Positions 8,965 through 15,937 of a stretch of 15,937 nt of DNA are shown piece by piece. How positions within the stretch are numbered: position 1 is the stretch's first letter; each line of letters starts with the position of its first letter. The notes beneath the pieces were generated by a model. It ran no database searches, was not told the origin of the DNA, and worked only from the letters and a program-made list of their open reading frames with translations. Source of the DNA: Gemmatimonadaceae bacterium (lineage in GTDB: Bacteria; Gemmatimonadota; Gemmatimonadetes; Gemmatimonadales; Gemmatimonadaceae). The stretch is taken from assembly GCA_044224875.1 (NCBI GenBank), contig JBGAJQ010000095.1, positions 1 to 15,937 on the forward strand. The letters run 5' to 3'. Made by a program: the position numbers and the translations under genes.

Positions 8965-10143
8965 ATGACCCCTACCGACTTCTTCAACATTGATAGCGCC
9001 CTCTCAGAAGAGGAGCGCGCGGTGCGCGATAGCGTACGTGCCTTCGTGGACGAGAAGGTGTTGCCCATCATCGGGAAGTGCTACGTGGACGGCCGCTTCC
9101 CGAAGGAACTGATTCCCGAGATGGGAGAGTTAGGCGTGATGGGAGCCAACCTTCCGGAGAAGTACGGATGCGCGGGGCTCAACAACGTCGCCTACGGGCT
9201 CATCATGCAGGAGCTGGAGCGCGGCGATTCTGGCATCCGCTCCTTTGCCTCGGTTCAGGGCGCGTTGGCCATGTACCCCATCTACGCGTTTGGCAGCGAG
9301 GAGCAAAAGCAGCGATGGCTGCCCAAGATGGCGAAGGGTGACGTGATCGGCTGCTTCGGCCTTACCGAACCGGATTTTGGCTCGAATCCCTCGGGCATGA
9401 TCACCATGGCGCAGGAACAGCCGGACGGGACGTGGGTGCTGAATGGCGCCAAGATGTGGATCACGAATGGGTCTACCGCAAAGCTGTCGGTGGTGTGGGC
9501 GAAGACCAATGGAGACAAGGATCCGAGGTCGATTCGCGGGTTCATCGTCCCAACCGACTCCAAGGGTTTCACGGCGCGCGACCAAAAAGGAAAACTGTCG
9601 CTTCGAGCGTCGGATACCAGCGAGCTGGTATTCGACAACGTCCAGCTTCCGGCGGACGCCATTCTGCCTGGCAGCGGCGGACTGAAGTCACCGCTGATGT
9701 GCCTCACGCAGGCGCGCTATGGGATCAGCTGGGGAGCAATTGGCGCTGCCATGGCCTGTTTTGAGGAGGTCGTGGCCTACGGAAAGAACCGCGTCATGTT
9801 CGATCGGCCGATCGCTGGCTTTCAGCTGCAACAGCAACGGTTGGCGGACATGCTCACGGGCATTGTGCGCGCGCAGCTGGTGTCGCTGCACCTGGGTCGT
9901 CTGAAGGACGCCGGGACGTTCACGCCGCAGCAGGTCTCGCTGGCCAAGCGGAACAACGTGGATATGGCAACGGATGTTGCCCGTGAGGCGCGCCGGATGC
10001 TTGGTGCCGTTGGAATCCTGGCGGAATACGCGTCCATGCGGCACATGGCGAACCTGGAGAGCGTGTACACGTATGAAGGCACGCACGACGTGCACTCGTT
10101 GATCCTTGGGCAGGCCGTGACAGGCCTGAACGCCTTCAGCTGA
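8965..10143 (+). CDS. gcdH: Acyl-CoA dehydrogenase, glutaryl-CoA dehydrogenase type
   Basis: ELERGDSGIRSFASVQG, GCFGLTEPDFGSNP, NGAKMWITNG, CLTQARYGISWG and NLESVYTYEGTHDVH (catalytic Glu) match the GcdH subfamily. Confidence 0.85.
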   Translation: MTPTDFFNIDSALSEEERAVRDSVRAFVDEKVLPIIGKCYVDGRFPKELIPEMGELGVMGANLPEKYGCAGLNNVAYGLIMQELERGDSGIRSFASVQGALAMYPIYAFGSEEQKQRWLPKMAKGDVIGCFGLTEPDFGSNPSGMITMAQEQPDGTWVLNGAKMWITNGSTAKLSVVWAKTNGDKDPRSIRGFIVPTDSKGFTARDQKGKLSLRASDTSELVFDNVQLPADAILPGSGGLKSPLMCLTQARYGISWGAIGAAMACFEEVVAYGKNRVMFDRPIAGFQLQQQRLADMLTGIVRAQLVSLHLGRLKDAGTFTPQQVSLAKRNNVDMATDVAREARRMLGAVGILAEYASMRHMANLESVYTYEGTHDVHSLILGQAVTGLNAFS

Positions 10144-10150
10144 GTGGCGA

Positions 10151-10232
10151 GAGGGCGGGGAGTGGTGTGGCGTGTGTTACGGATCTGGGGGGCCCCCCCC
10201 GGTATCAATATCGCGCACATCTCCTCGCCCTC
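10151..10232. repeat. Long imperfect intergenic hairpin centred on G6C8
   Basis: GAGGGCGGGGAG (10151-10162) pairs with CTCCTCGCCCTC (10221-10232), with one G-U pair. The apex is GGGGGGCCCCCCCC (10187-10200). It starts 8 nt after the gcdH stop codon. Confidence 0.5.
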
Positions 10233-10329
10233 CATCACCACGCCATTGCCCACCGGTTCAAATTCACGCCGTCCGCTGCTCCCCTTCGTTGGACCGTCAC
10301 GGCGGCGGCCGCGCCCTTTCGTTGGATCC

Positions 10330-11404
10330 TTGCCGTCTCGGCAGTTCGCAACGCGCCTCCCTGTCCTCACCGTACTGGCCATGGCGAGCCTGTGGCCGTC
10401 CGTGCTGACGGCCCAAACGACCTGGCTGCCTGAGCTTCGTCTCGACAACGACGCATACAACTACTGGATCCACCCGGCACATCGTCCGGACGAACAGTAC
10501 ACCAATGGCGTGCGCGCAACGCTTGCCTCCAACTCGGCCCCGTGGTGGGGAAAGCACTTCGCGTCCGCCATTCCGGACTGCGCACCAGGCGGCGAGCGCG
10601 GACGTTGCCGCCTAACGTCGGTGACCCTTGGGCAGGATATCTACACCCCAAAGCTCGACCGCGCGCCCTACACTGTGCCCGACTGGGAAAGCGAACGACC
10701 CTACTTCGGCTGGCTCTACCTCGAAGGCCGGGCGCAGGTGGCCTCGGATCGCCTGTTGCGGACTACGACTGCGACGTTAGGCGTCTCCGGGCCACCCTCG
10801 ATGCTCGGATCGCCTGTTGCGGACTACGACTGCGACGTTAGGCGTCTCCGGGCCACCCTCGATGGGGCACCTGATGCAGTCGCTGTTTCACCATATCAAC
10901 CGTCGCTACACGAAGCCAGCGAACGGGTGGGAGACGCAGGTAGGGTTTGAACCAGGAATCCTGCTTGGTCATCGCGTGGACGCTGTGGCGCTCCGTTTGG
11001 GACCCAGGGAGTCACCGTTCGTCGACCTGAGTTCGGGTGGTGGGGCTTCGCTCGGGAATGTGCGCACGTCCGCCGATGCCGGGGCCACCATGCGTGTTGG
11101 GTTGCACCTGGATCATCCCTGGCGTCCCTTCGCGGGCTCGCCCGGACTCTGGAGCCTGTATCTCCTCGGCGGAGGGCGTCTCGAGTACGTCGCTCGCGAC
11201 ATGTCACTGGATGGCACCCTCTTTCACTCCGGGAGGCATGTGGAGCGAGTTCCCGGCGTGCGAGAGTACCAGTTTGGGGCCGGGCTCCGACTGCACCGGC
11301 TGCGTCTGGAGTATCGCGCCGTGACAAGGTCGCAAGAGTACGCTACTGGACCGGGTCACCACACCTATAGCACCATGTCGGCGGCCATCGACCCCGGTCG
11401 GTAA
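10330..11404 (+). pseudogene. lpxR: Lipid A 3'-O-deacylase LpxR family (DUF2219) outer-membrane protein, frameshifted by a 61-bp tandem duplication
   Basis: The 5' frame has a signal peptide, LDND, DEQYTNG, GQDIYTP, RPYFGWLY and LGVSGPPS. The 3' frame continues with Q..FH, GWETQV, SLGNVRT and DMSLDG. Deleting one repeat copy gives a continuous 1014-nt ORF (337 aa from TTG 10330; start inferred). Confidence 0.85.
10743..10864 (+). repeat. Exact 61-bp tandem duplication (10743-10803 = 10804-10864)
   Basis: CTCGGATCGCCTGTTGCGGACTACGACTGCGACGTTAGGCGTCTCCGGGCCACCCTCGATG occurs twice back to back with no mismatch. Confidence 0.98.
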
Positions 11405-11525
11405 CCGGGTCGATCGGTGCCAGTCGACCGCCAGCGGCGCGCGCCGTTTCACAGTCACAAGAGCCTAAGACTGCTGGGAAGAGAAGGCATCCCTTCCTTC
11501 GCTCTTCACGACCTTACTATCTTCC

Positions 11526-11543
11526 TTGTGAAACTTTTCACAT
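11526..11543. promoter_or_regulatory. Rex-type operator (also matches the CRP core) upstream of etfB
   Basis: TTGTGAA-ACTT-TTCACAT is one mismatch from the Rex consensus TTGTGAA-N4-TTCACAA and contains TGTGA-N6-TCACA. It lies between a TACTAT -10-like hexamer (11515-11520) and the GGAG RBS (11547-11550). Confidence 0.75.
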
Positions 11544-11557
11544 AACGGAGCGACGGC

Positions 11558-12310
11558 GTGAAAATAGCCGTGTGCATCAAGCGCGTCCCAGAGATGGACG
11601 TGAAATTCAAGATCGCGGCCAACGGACTGGGCATCGATGAAGCCGGCCTGAAGTACGACATGGCCGACTTCGACGGCTATGCCGTTGAAGCCGCACTGCA
11701 GATGGTGGAAAAGCTGGGCACCGGCGAAGTGGTGGTCATTTCGCTCGGCCCCGACGTCGTTCAGGAAACATTGCGTAAGGCGATGAGCATGGGCGCCACG
11801 CGAGCGGTGCAGCTCAAGGCCGATCATGTTCCGTTCGACTCCATGGCCACGGCGAAGGCGATCGCCGCCGAACTTCAGGGGGGAGGGTTTGACCTGATCA
11901 TGTTCGGTCGCATGTCGACCGATAACGCTACGGGTGCCGTGGGGTTGATGGTTGGCGAGCTGCTTGGCGTGCCGGTCGTTCACGCCTGTTCCAAGTTGGA
12001 AATCGCTGACGGGAAGGGGACGGCGCGCCGAGAGCTGGAAGGCGGGGCCGAGTTTGTGTCCTTTTCCCTCCCGGCGATCGTGACCATTGACGAGGGCATC
12101 GCGCGGCCGAGGTACCCGTCGCTCAAGGGCATCATGGCCGCCAAGAAGAAGCCACTCGACATCAGGCCGGCTCAGCTCGGCGAACAGCGCCTAACGGTGG
12201 TACGCATGGAACTCCCGGCGGAACGGCAGGCCGGTCGAATCATTGGCGAGGGCGCGGCTGCGGTGCCCGAACTCGTTCGGTTGCTGCAAACCGAAGCGAA
12301 GGTGCTCTAA
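11558..12310 (+). CDS. etfB: Electron transfer flavoprotein beta subunit
   Basis: MKIAVCIKRVP, AVEAALQ, LRKAMSMGA, RRELEGG and PRYPSLKGIMAAKKKP; GTG start with a GGAG RBS; TAATG overlap with etfA. Confidence 0.96.
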   Translation: MKIAVCIKRVPEMDVKFKIAANGLGIDEAGLKYDMADFDGYAVEAALQMVEKLGTGEVVVISLGPDVVQETLRKAMSMGATRAVQLKADHVPFDSMATAKAIAAELQGGGFDLIMFGRMSTDNATGAVGLMVGELLGVPVVHACSKLEIADGKGTARRELEGGAEFVSFSLPAIVTIDEGIARPRYPSLKGIMAAKKKPLDIRPAQLGEQRLTVVRMELPAERQAGRIIGEGAAAVPELVRLLQTEAKVL

Positions 12311-13299
12311 TGGCGAACATCCTGGCATTTGCCGAGGCGCGGGCCGGAGACCTGCGCAAGGTGGCCTTCGAAGCGGTCTCCAACGCTCGCACGATCGCCG
12401 ATCAGGTGGGGGGCGAAGTGCATGCGATCCTGGTCGGCGCGCCCGGCGCGGCTTCCAAGGCTGCGGCGTTAGGTGCGTTTGGCGCTGATGTGGTGCTGGT
12501 GGTCGAGCACGCCGCATTCGCTCAGTACAACCCGGAAGCCACCGCCAGCTTCATTGCCGACAAGGTTCGTAGCGGGGGCTATCGGGCCGCAATCTTCGCG
12601 GCGTCGGCGCAAGGAAAGGACCTCGCCCCCCGCGTGGCGGGCAAGTTGGGCACGAGCCTGGCTGCCGACATTACGTCGATGGCACTCGAAGGCGACGCCT
12701 TCGTCGTGACACATCCTGGGTACACGGGCAAGGTGGTCGCCACCTTACGCCTCGTCGGCGCACCGGCGCTCATTTCGGTGCGCCCCGGAGCCATTGCCAT
12801 GCAGGAGCGATCCCGCAACGCAAGACTCGAGACCGTGGGCCCGGTTGGCGATCCGTCGAGCGCACGCGTGGTAACTACGGACACCACCCGCGGCGACACA
12901 AAGAAGCTCGACCTCGGCGAAGCCCCGGTGATCGTCTCGGGGGGACGCGGCCTCAAGGCGGCCGAGCATTTCAAGTTGGTGGAAGACCTGGCCGACGCGT
13001 TCGGCAACGCCGCTGTCGGCGCGACGCGCGCGGTGACCGATGAAGGTTGGCGGCCCCACTCCGATCAGATCGGTCAAACGGGTCGTGTGGTGAGCCCGCA
13101 GTTGTACATCGCGGTCGGTATCTCGGGTGCGATCCAGCACCTCGCGGGCATGCGGACTTCCAAGACCATCGTGGCGATCAATCGTGACAAGGATGCCCCC
13201 ATTTTCAAGGTGGCCGACTACGGTATTGTTGGTGACGTCTTCGACGTGGTTCCGGCCCTGACAGCCGCTGTACGCGACGTGAAGAAGACGCAAGGCTGA
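12310..13299 (+). CDS. etfA: Electron transfer flavoprotein alpha subunit
   Basis: FAD-binding C-domain motifs [39 protein letters not shown] and [20 protein letters not shown]. Confidence 0.97.
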   Translation: MANILAFAEARAGDLRKVAFEAVSNARTIADQVGGEVHAILVGAPGAASKAAALGAFGADVVLVVEHAAFAQYNPEATASFIADKVRSGGYRAAIFAASAQGKDLAPRVAGKLGTSLAADITSMALEGDAFVVTHPGYTGKVVATLRLVGAPALISVRPGAIAMQERSRNARLETVGPVGDPSSARVVTTDTTRGDTKKLDLGEAPVIVSGGRGLKAAEHFKLVEDLADAFGNAAVGATRAVTDEGWRPHSDQIGQTGRVVSPQLYIAVGISGAIQHLAGMRTSKTIVAINRDKDAPIFKVADYGIVGDVFDVVPALTAAVRDVKKTQG

Positions 13300-13320
13300 G
13301 ACTCGTAGGCACCACCAAGC

Positions 13321-13356
13321 AAACGGAGCGACAGAAGTCGCTCCGTTTCTTGTTGT
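13321..13356 (+). terminator. Intrinsic terminator-like hairpin between etfA and the Fe-S oxidoreductase gene
   Basis: Perfect 12-bp stem AAACGGAGCGAC / GTCGCTCCGTTT with an AGAA loop (13321-13348), running into TTTCTTGTT. Confidence 0.75.
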
Positions 13357-13423
13357 GGCCTGTTTGCGCGAATAAGCTTGTCGAAGGCGCCACATCGCGC
13401 CTCTCGTCCCGCGGAGAATCCTG

Positions 13424-15487
13424 ATGGCCACGTCGAACGTGGTGTTCCTTTTCGTGTTGGTGCTGGGCGCGGCGGTCTTTTCATTCAGCGCCCAGCGCTT
13501 GGTTCGCTTCCTTCGGGTTGGCAACGGCGTCACTTCCTCACGTCTGGCCGACATTCCCAGGCGATGCTGGAACCTGCTGCGCATCGGCGTCGGCCAGTCG
13601 AAGATCATGCGCGACCCCGTCGCCGGCCCCCTGCATGCGCTGGTCTTTTGGGGATTCCTGGTGTTGCAGCTGGGAGCGATCGAGCTCCTCGCGGCTGGGG
13701 TCTTTCCGGGCTTTTCCTACGCCAGCCTGCTGCCCGCACCGCTCTATGGCTTGTTCCTGCTGTCGCAGGAGTTGACCACCGCCGCGGTGTTGGTTGCTGT
13801 GGTCATGCTTCTCTATCGACGGTTGGTGCTGAAGCCGAAGCGCCTGCAGGGCGACCGCGTCCACGGCAGCGATGCCATTTTCATCCTGTCGATGATCGGC
13901 GCGCTGATGGTGACACTCTTGCTCACCCTCGGCACAGAGCGAGCGATCGGGCCAAAGACTGCCGCAGCTTTTCAGCCCATGGCCGGCACGCTTGCCGCGA
14001 TGTTCTCGGCGGCCCCGGCGGCGACCGTGCATGGTGTCTTCACCGTGTCCTGGTGGTCGCACGCGGTACTCATTCTCGTCTTCCTGAACTACCTGCCGTA
14101 CTCGAAGCATCTGCACGTGATTGTCTCGTTGCCGAACACCTTTCTCAGCAACACGAGCGGCCCGGGCACGGTCGGCGCCATGAAGCCGATGGACCTGGAG
14201 ATGGAAACCGAGACGTTCGGTGCGTCGGACGTGACCCACCTGAGCTGGAAGAACCTGCTGGATGGGTTTGCCTGCACGGAATGCGGCCGCTGCACCTCGG
14301 TGTGCCCGGCGAACCTGACTGGCAAACCACTCTCCCCACGCAAGATCGTCATTAACACACGGCAACGACTCTCCGAGCTAGCGCCGGCACTGGTTGGAGC
14401 CGACGATCCACTCTCTTGGCTGCCGGTGTCCACCTCCGGCATCGCCTCGGATGTGAGCGGCGTGGCGGAACACCGCCTGCTCGATCATTTCATCACCGAG
14501 GACGAGCTCTGGGCCTGCACTTCGTGTCGCGCGTGCGTCTACGAGTGTCCCGTATCCATTGATCAGCTCGAGATCATCAACGAGCTGCGTCGCAACCTCG
14601 TGCTCTCCGAGTCGCGATTCCCCGAGGAGGTTCTTCCCGCCTTTGAAGCCCTCGAGCGTAACGGAGCACCGTGGGCCTTTCAGCCGTCAGACCGCGCCCA
14701 ATGGGCCGAGGGGCTCGATATCCCGACGATGGCGGAGCTGGCGGAACGCGGCGAGCGACCCGACGTGCTGTATTGGGTGGGTTGCATGGGCTCGTTCGAC
14801 GAGCGCGCCAAAAAGACGACCGTGGCGTTCGCCAGAATTCTCCAACACGCCGGGATTCATTTTGCGATTCTCGGTCAGGAGGAGGCTTGCCACGGCGACC
14901 CGGCACGCCGTATGGGCAACGAGTACCTGTATCAAACACTAGCCAAGCAGGCGATCGAGACGCTCGACCGTTATCACGTAACCACGGTTGTCACCGCCTG
15001 CCCGCACTGCTTCCATCAGATGGGGAGCGAGTTCCCTCAGCTCGGCGGCCACTTCGACGTCATCCATCATTCCACGTACATCGAGCGCCTGCTCGATGCA
15101 GGACGGTTGAATCTGTCGGATGACACGACCTCCACGCTGACCGTTGCCTATCACGACAGCTGTTACCTCGGCCGCTACAACGACGTGTATGACGCACCGC
15201 GCAGCGCGATCCGCCGAGCGCTCCCCGTCGTCACGCTCGTCGAGCCCACACGCACCGGGGATCGTGGGCTCTGCTGTGGGGCGGGCGGAGGCCGGATGTT
15301 CATGGAAGAGCGCGTGGGCGAACGGATCAACGTCGAGCGAAAGCGCGAGTTGCTAGCGACTGGCGCGGACACCATCGCGGTGGCCTGTCCGTTCTGCATG
15401 ACCATGTTGGCAGATGCAGGAAAGAAGCTGGACAGTGCGGTGCCCGTCCTGGATATCGCCGAAGTCGTGGCGGATCGGCTCGTCTGA
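13424..15487 (+). CDS. Membrane-bound Fe-S oxidoreductase of the FadF/EtfD/EMO type (putative ETF:menaquinone oxidoreductase)
   Basis: N-terminal multi-TM domain with His residues (LHALVFWGF, WWSHAV, YSKHLH); two ferredoxin motifs CTECGRCTSVCP and CTSCRACVYECP; two CCG domains (WVGC...ACHG...TACPHC and YHDSCYLGR...LCCGAGGG...VACPFC); directly downstream of etfBA. Confidence 0.9.
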   Translation: MATSNVVFLFVLVLGAAVFSFSAQRLVRFLRVGNGVTSSRLADIPRRCWNLLRIGVGQSKIMRDPVAGPLHALVFWGFLVLQLGAIELLAAGVFPGFSYASLLPAPLYGLFLLSQELTTAAVLVAVVMLLYRRLVLKPKRLQGDRVHGSDAIFILSMIGALMVTLLLTLGTERAIGPKTAAAFQPMAGTLAAMFSAAPAATVHGVFTVSWWSHAVLILVFLNYLPYSKHLHVIVSLPNTFLSNTSGPGTVGAMKPMDLEMETETFGASDVTHLSWKNLLDGFACTECGRCTSVCPANLTGKPLSPRKIVINTRQRLSELAPALVGADDPLSWLPVSTSGIASDVSGVAEHRLLDHFITEDELWACTSCRACVYECPVSIDQLEIINELRRNLVLSESRFPEEVLPAFEALERNGAPWAFQPSDRAQWAEGLDIPTMAELAERGERPDVLYWVGCMGSFDERAKKTTVAFARILQHAGIHFAILGQEEACHGDPARRMGNEYLYQTLAKQAIETLDRYHVTTVVTACPHCFHQMGSEFPQLGGHFDVIHHSTYIERLLDAGRLNLSDDTTSTLTVAYHDSCYLGRYNDVYDAPRSAIRRALPVVTLVEPTRTGDRGLCCGAGGGRMFMEERVGERINVERKRELLATGADTIAVACPFCMTMLADAGKKLDSAVPVLDIAEVVADRLV

Positions 15488-15937
15488 CCGATATCGAACG
15501 AATCCGGCGCGCCTACGAGCGTGAGTACGCGACGAGTGTTCGCGTGCTCGAGGCCTTTCCCGCGTTTCAGGAGCACCTGCGCCCGCATCCTCAGCTGCGC
15601 GAAGCCAAGGATCTCGCGTGGCTATTGGTGCTGGGGGCCGACGTGGCCACGGCCGCGTTGGCCGATACGCTTGATCGGGGTCCCCTGGCGTGCCCCTGTC
15701 CGGACACTCTCGGCGAGATCGCTGGGGCACTGCGATTGCGCAGCCGAGCGCTCTCTTTGGCGTTGGGGGGCGCCTCGGATGAGTCGCTCAGTGCTCCGGT
15801 TTCGCTGCCGTCAGCCCCCGGCAGGCGGGAGCGTATCTCAAAACTCGATCTTCTCTGGACGCTCCTGAACGACCAAATTCATCACCGCGGACAGCTGACG
15901 GTCTATTTGCGACTAGCTGGAGGTCGGGTGCCCTCCG
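15484..15937 (+). CDS. DinB/YfiT-family protein, 3' end off the window, probable CTG start
   Basis: Manual translation: LTDIERIRRAYEREYATSVRVLEAFP...LRPHPQLREAKDLAW...LLNDQIHHRGQLTVYLRLAGGRVPS. HHRGQLxVYLR...VP is the DinB-family signature. Not in the ORF track. Confidence 0.85.
   Translation, partial: MTDIERIRRAYEREYATSVRVLEAFPAFQEHLRPHPQLREAKDLAWLLVLGADVATAALADTLDRGPLACPCPDTLGEIAGALRLRSRALSLALGGASDESLSAPVSLPSAPGRRERISKLDLLWTLLNDQIHHRGQLTVYLRLAGGRVPS

Noticed and set aside
6093..10143. Idea that the acylase is a glutaryl-7-ACA acylase feeding glutarate to the adjacent GcdH
   Set aside because: By eye, the beta-chain positions that are Gln50 and Arg57 in glutaryl acylases (GATQIGLPVIRF) are hydrophobic here (GVTIPGVPGIVI), and no CoA ligase or transferase is in the window.
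10144..10329. Long N-terminal extension of the lpxR ORF as listed in the track
   Set aside because: Low-complexity translation of a hairpin region; the signal peptide begins near 10330.
10743..10864. CRISPR array or IS target-site duplication
   Set aside because: Only two abutting copies with no spacer, the unit is coding sequence, and there is no cas gene or transposase.
11387..11414. Hairpin ATCGACCC...GGGTCGAT across the lpxR stop codon as a terminator
   Set aside because: No U-tract and it overlaps coding sequence; insufficient support.
14880..14900. First CCG motif of the Fe-S oxidoreductase reads CHG
   Set aside because: The first CCG domain is commonly degenerate in FadF/EtfD-like proteins, so this is not evidence of a lesion or novelty.
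15521..15868. 115-aa plus-strand ORF in the track at the right end
   Set aside because: Wrong frame; the overlapping frame from 15484 carries the DinB signature.

Overview
GC-rich bacterial chromosomal window, plausibly Gemmatimonadota (impression from protein style, not tested), made up mostly of metabolic and housekeeping genes. Left to right: a CstA-family peptide/pyruvate transporter on the minus strand, cut by the left edge and missing from the ORF track; a ~425-bp divergent intergenic region; an orphan lipoprotein with a terminator; then a long plus-strand run of a second lipoprotein, an NAD-type isocitrate dehydrogenase, a metallophosphoesterase, a SprT-like HExxH protease, a penicillin-acylase-family Ntn hydrolase coupled to a small membrane protein, a glutaryl-CoA-type acyl-CoA dehydrogenase, an LpxR-family lipid A deacylase, etfB, etfA, a FadF/EtfD-type membrane Fe-S oxidoreductase and a DinB-family gene cut by the right edge (also missing from the track). 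I see no mobile element, CRISPR array, tRNA or rRNA, and no clearly new multi-gene system. The best signals are small-scale: an exact 61-bp tandem duplication that frameshifts lpxR, a near-perfect Rex/CRP-type operator just before the etfB RBS, a probable CTG start for the dinB-family gene overlapping the upstream stop codon, and an identical G6C8 core at the apex of two unrelated long hairpins.
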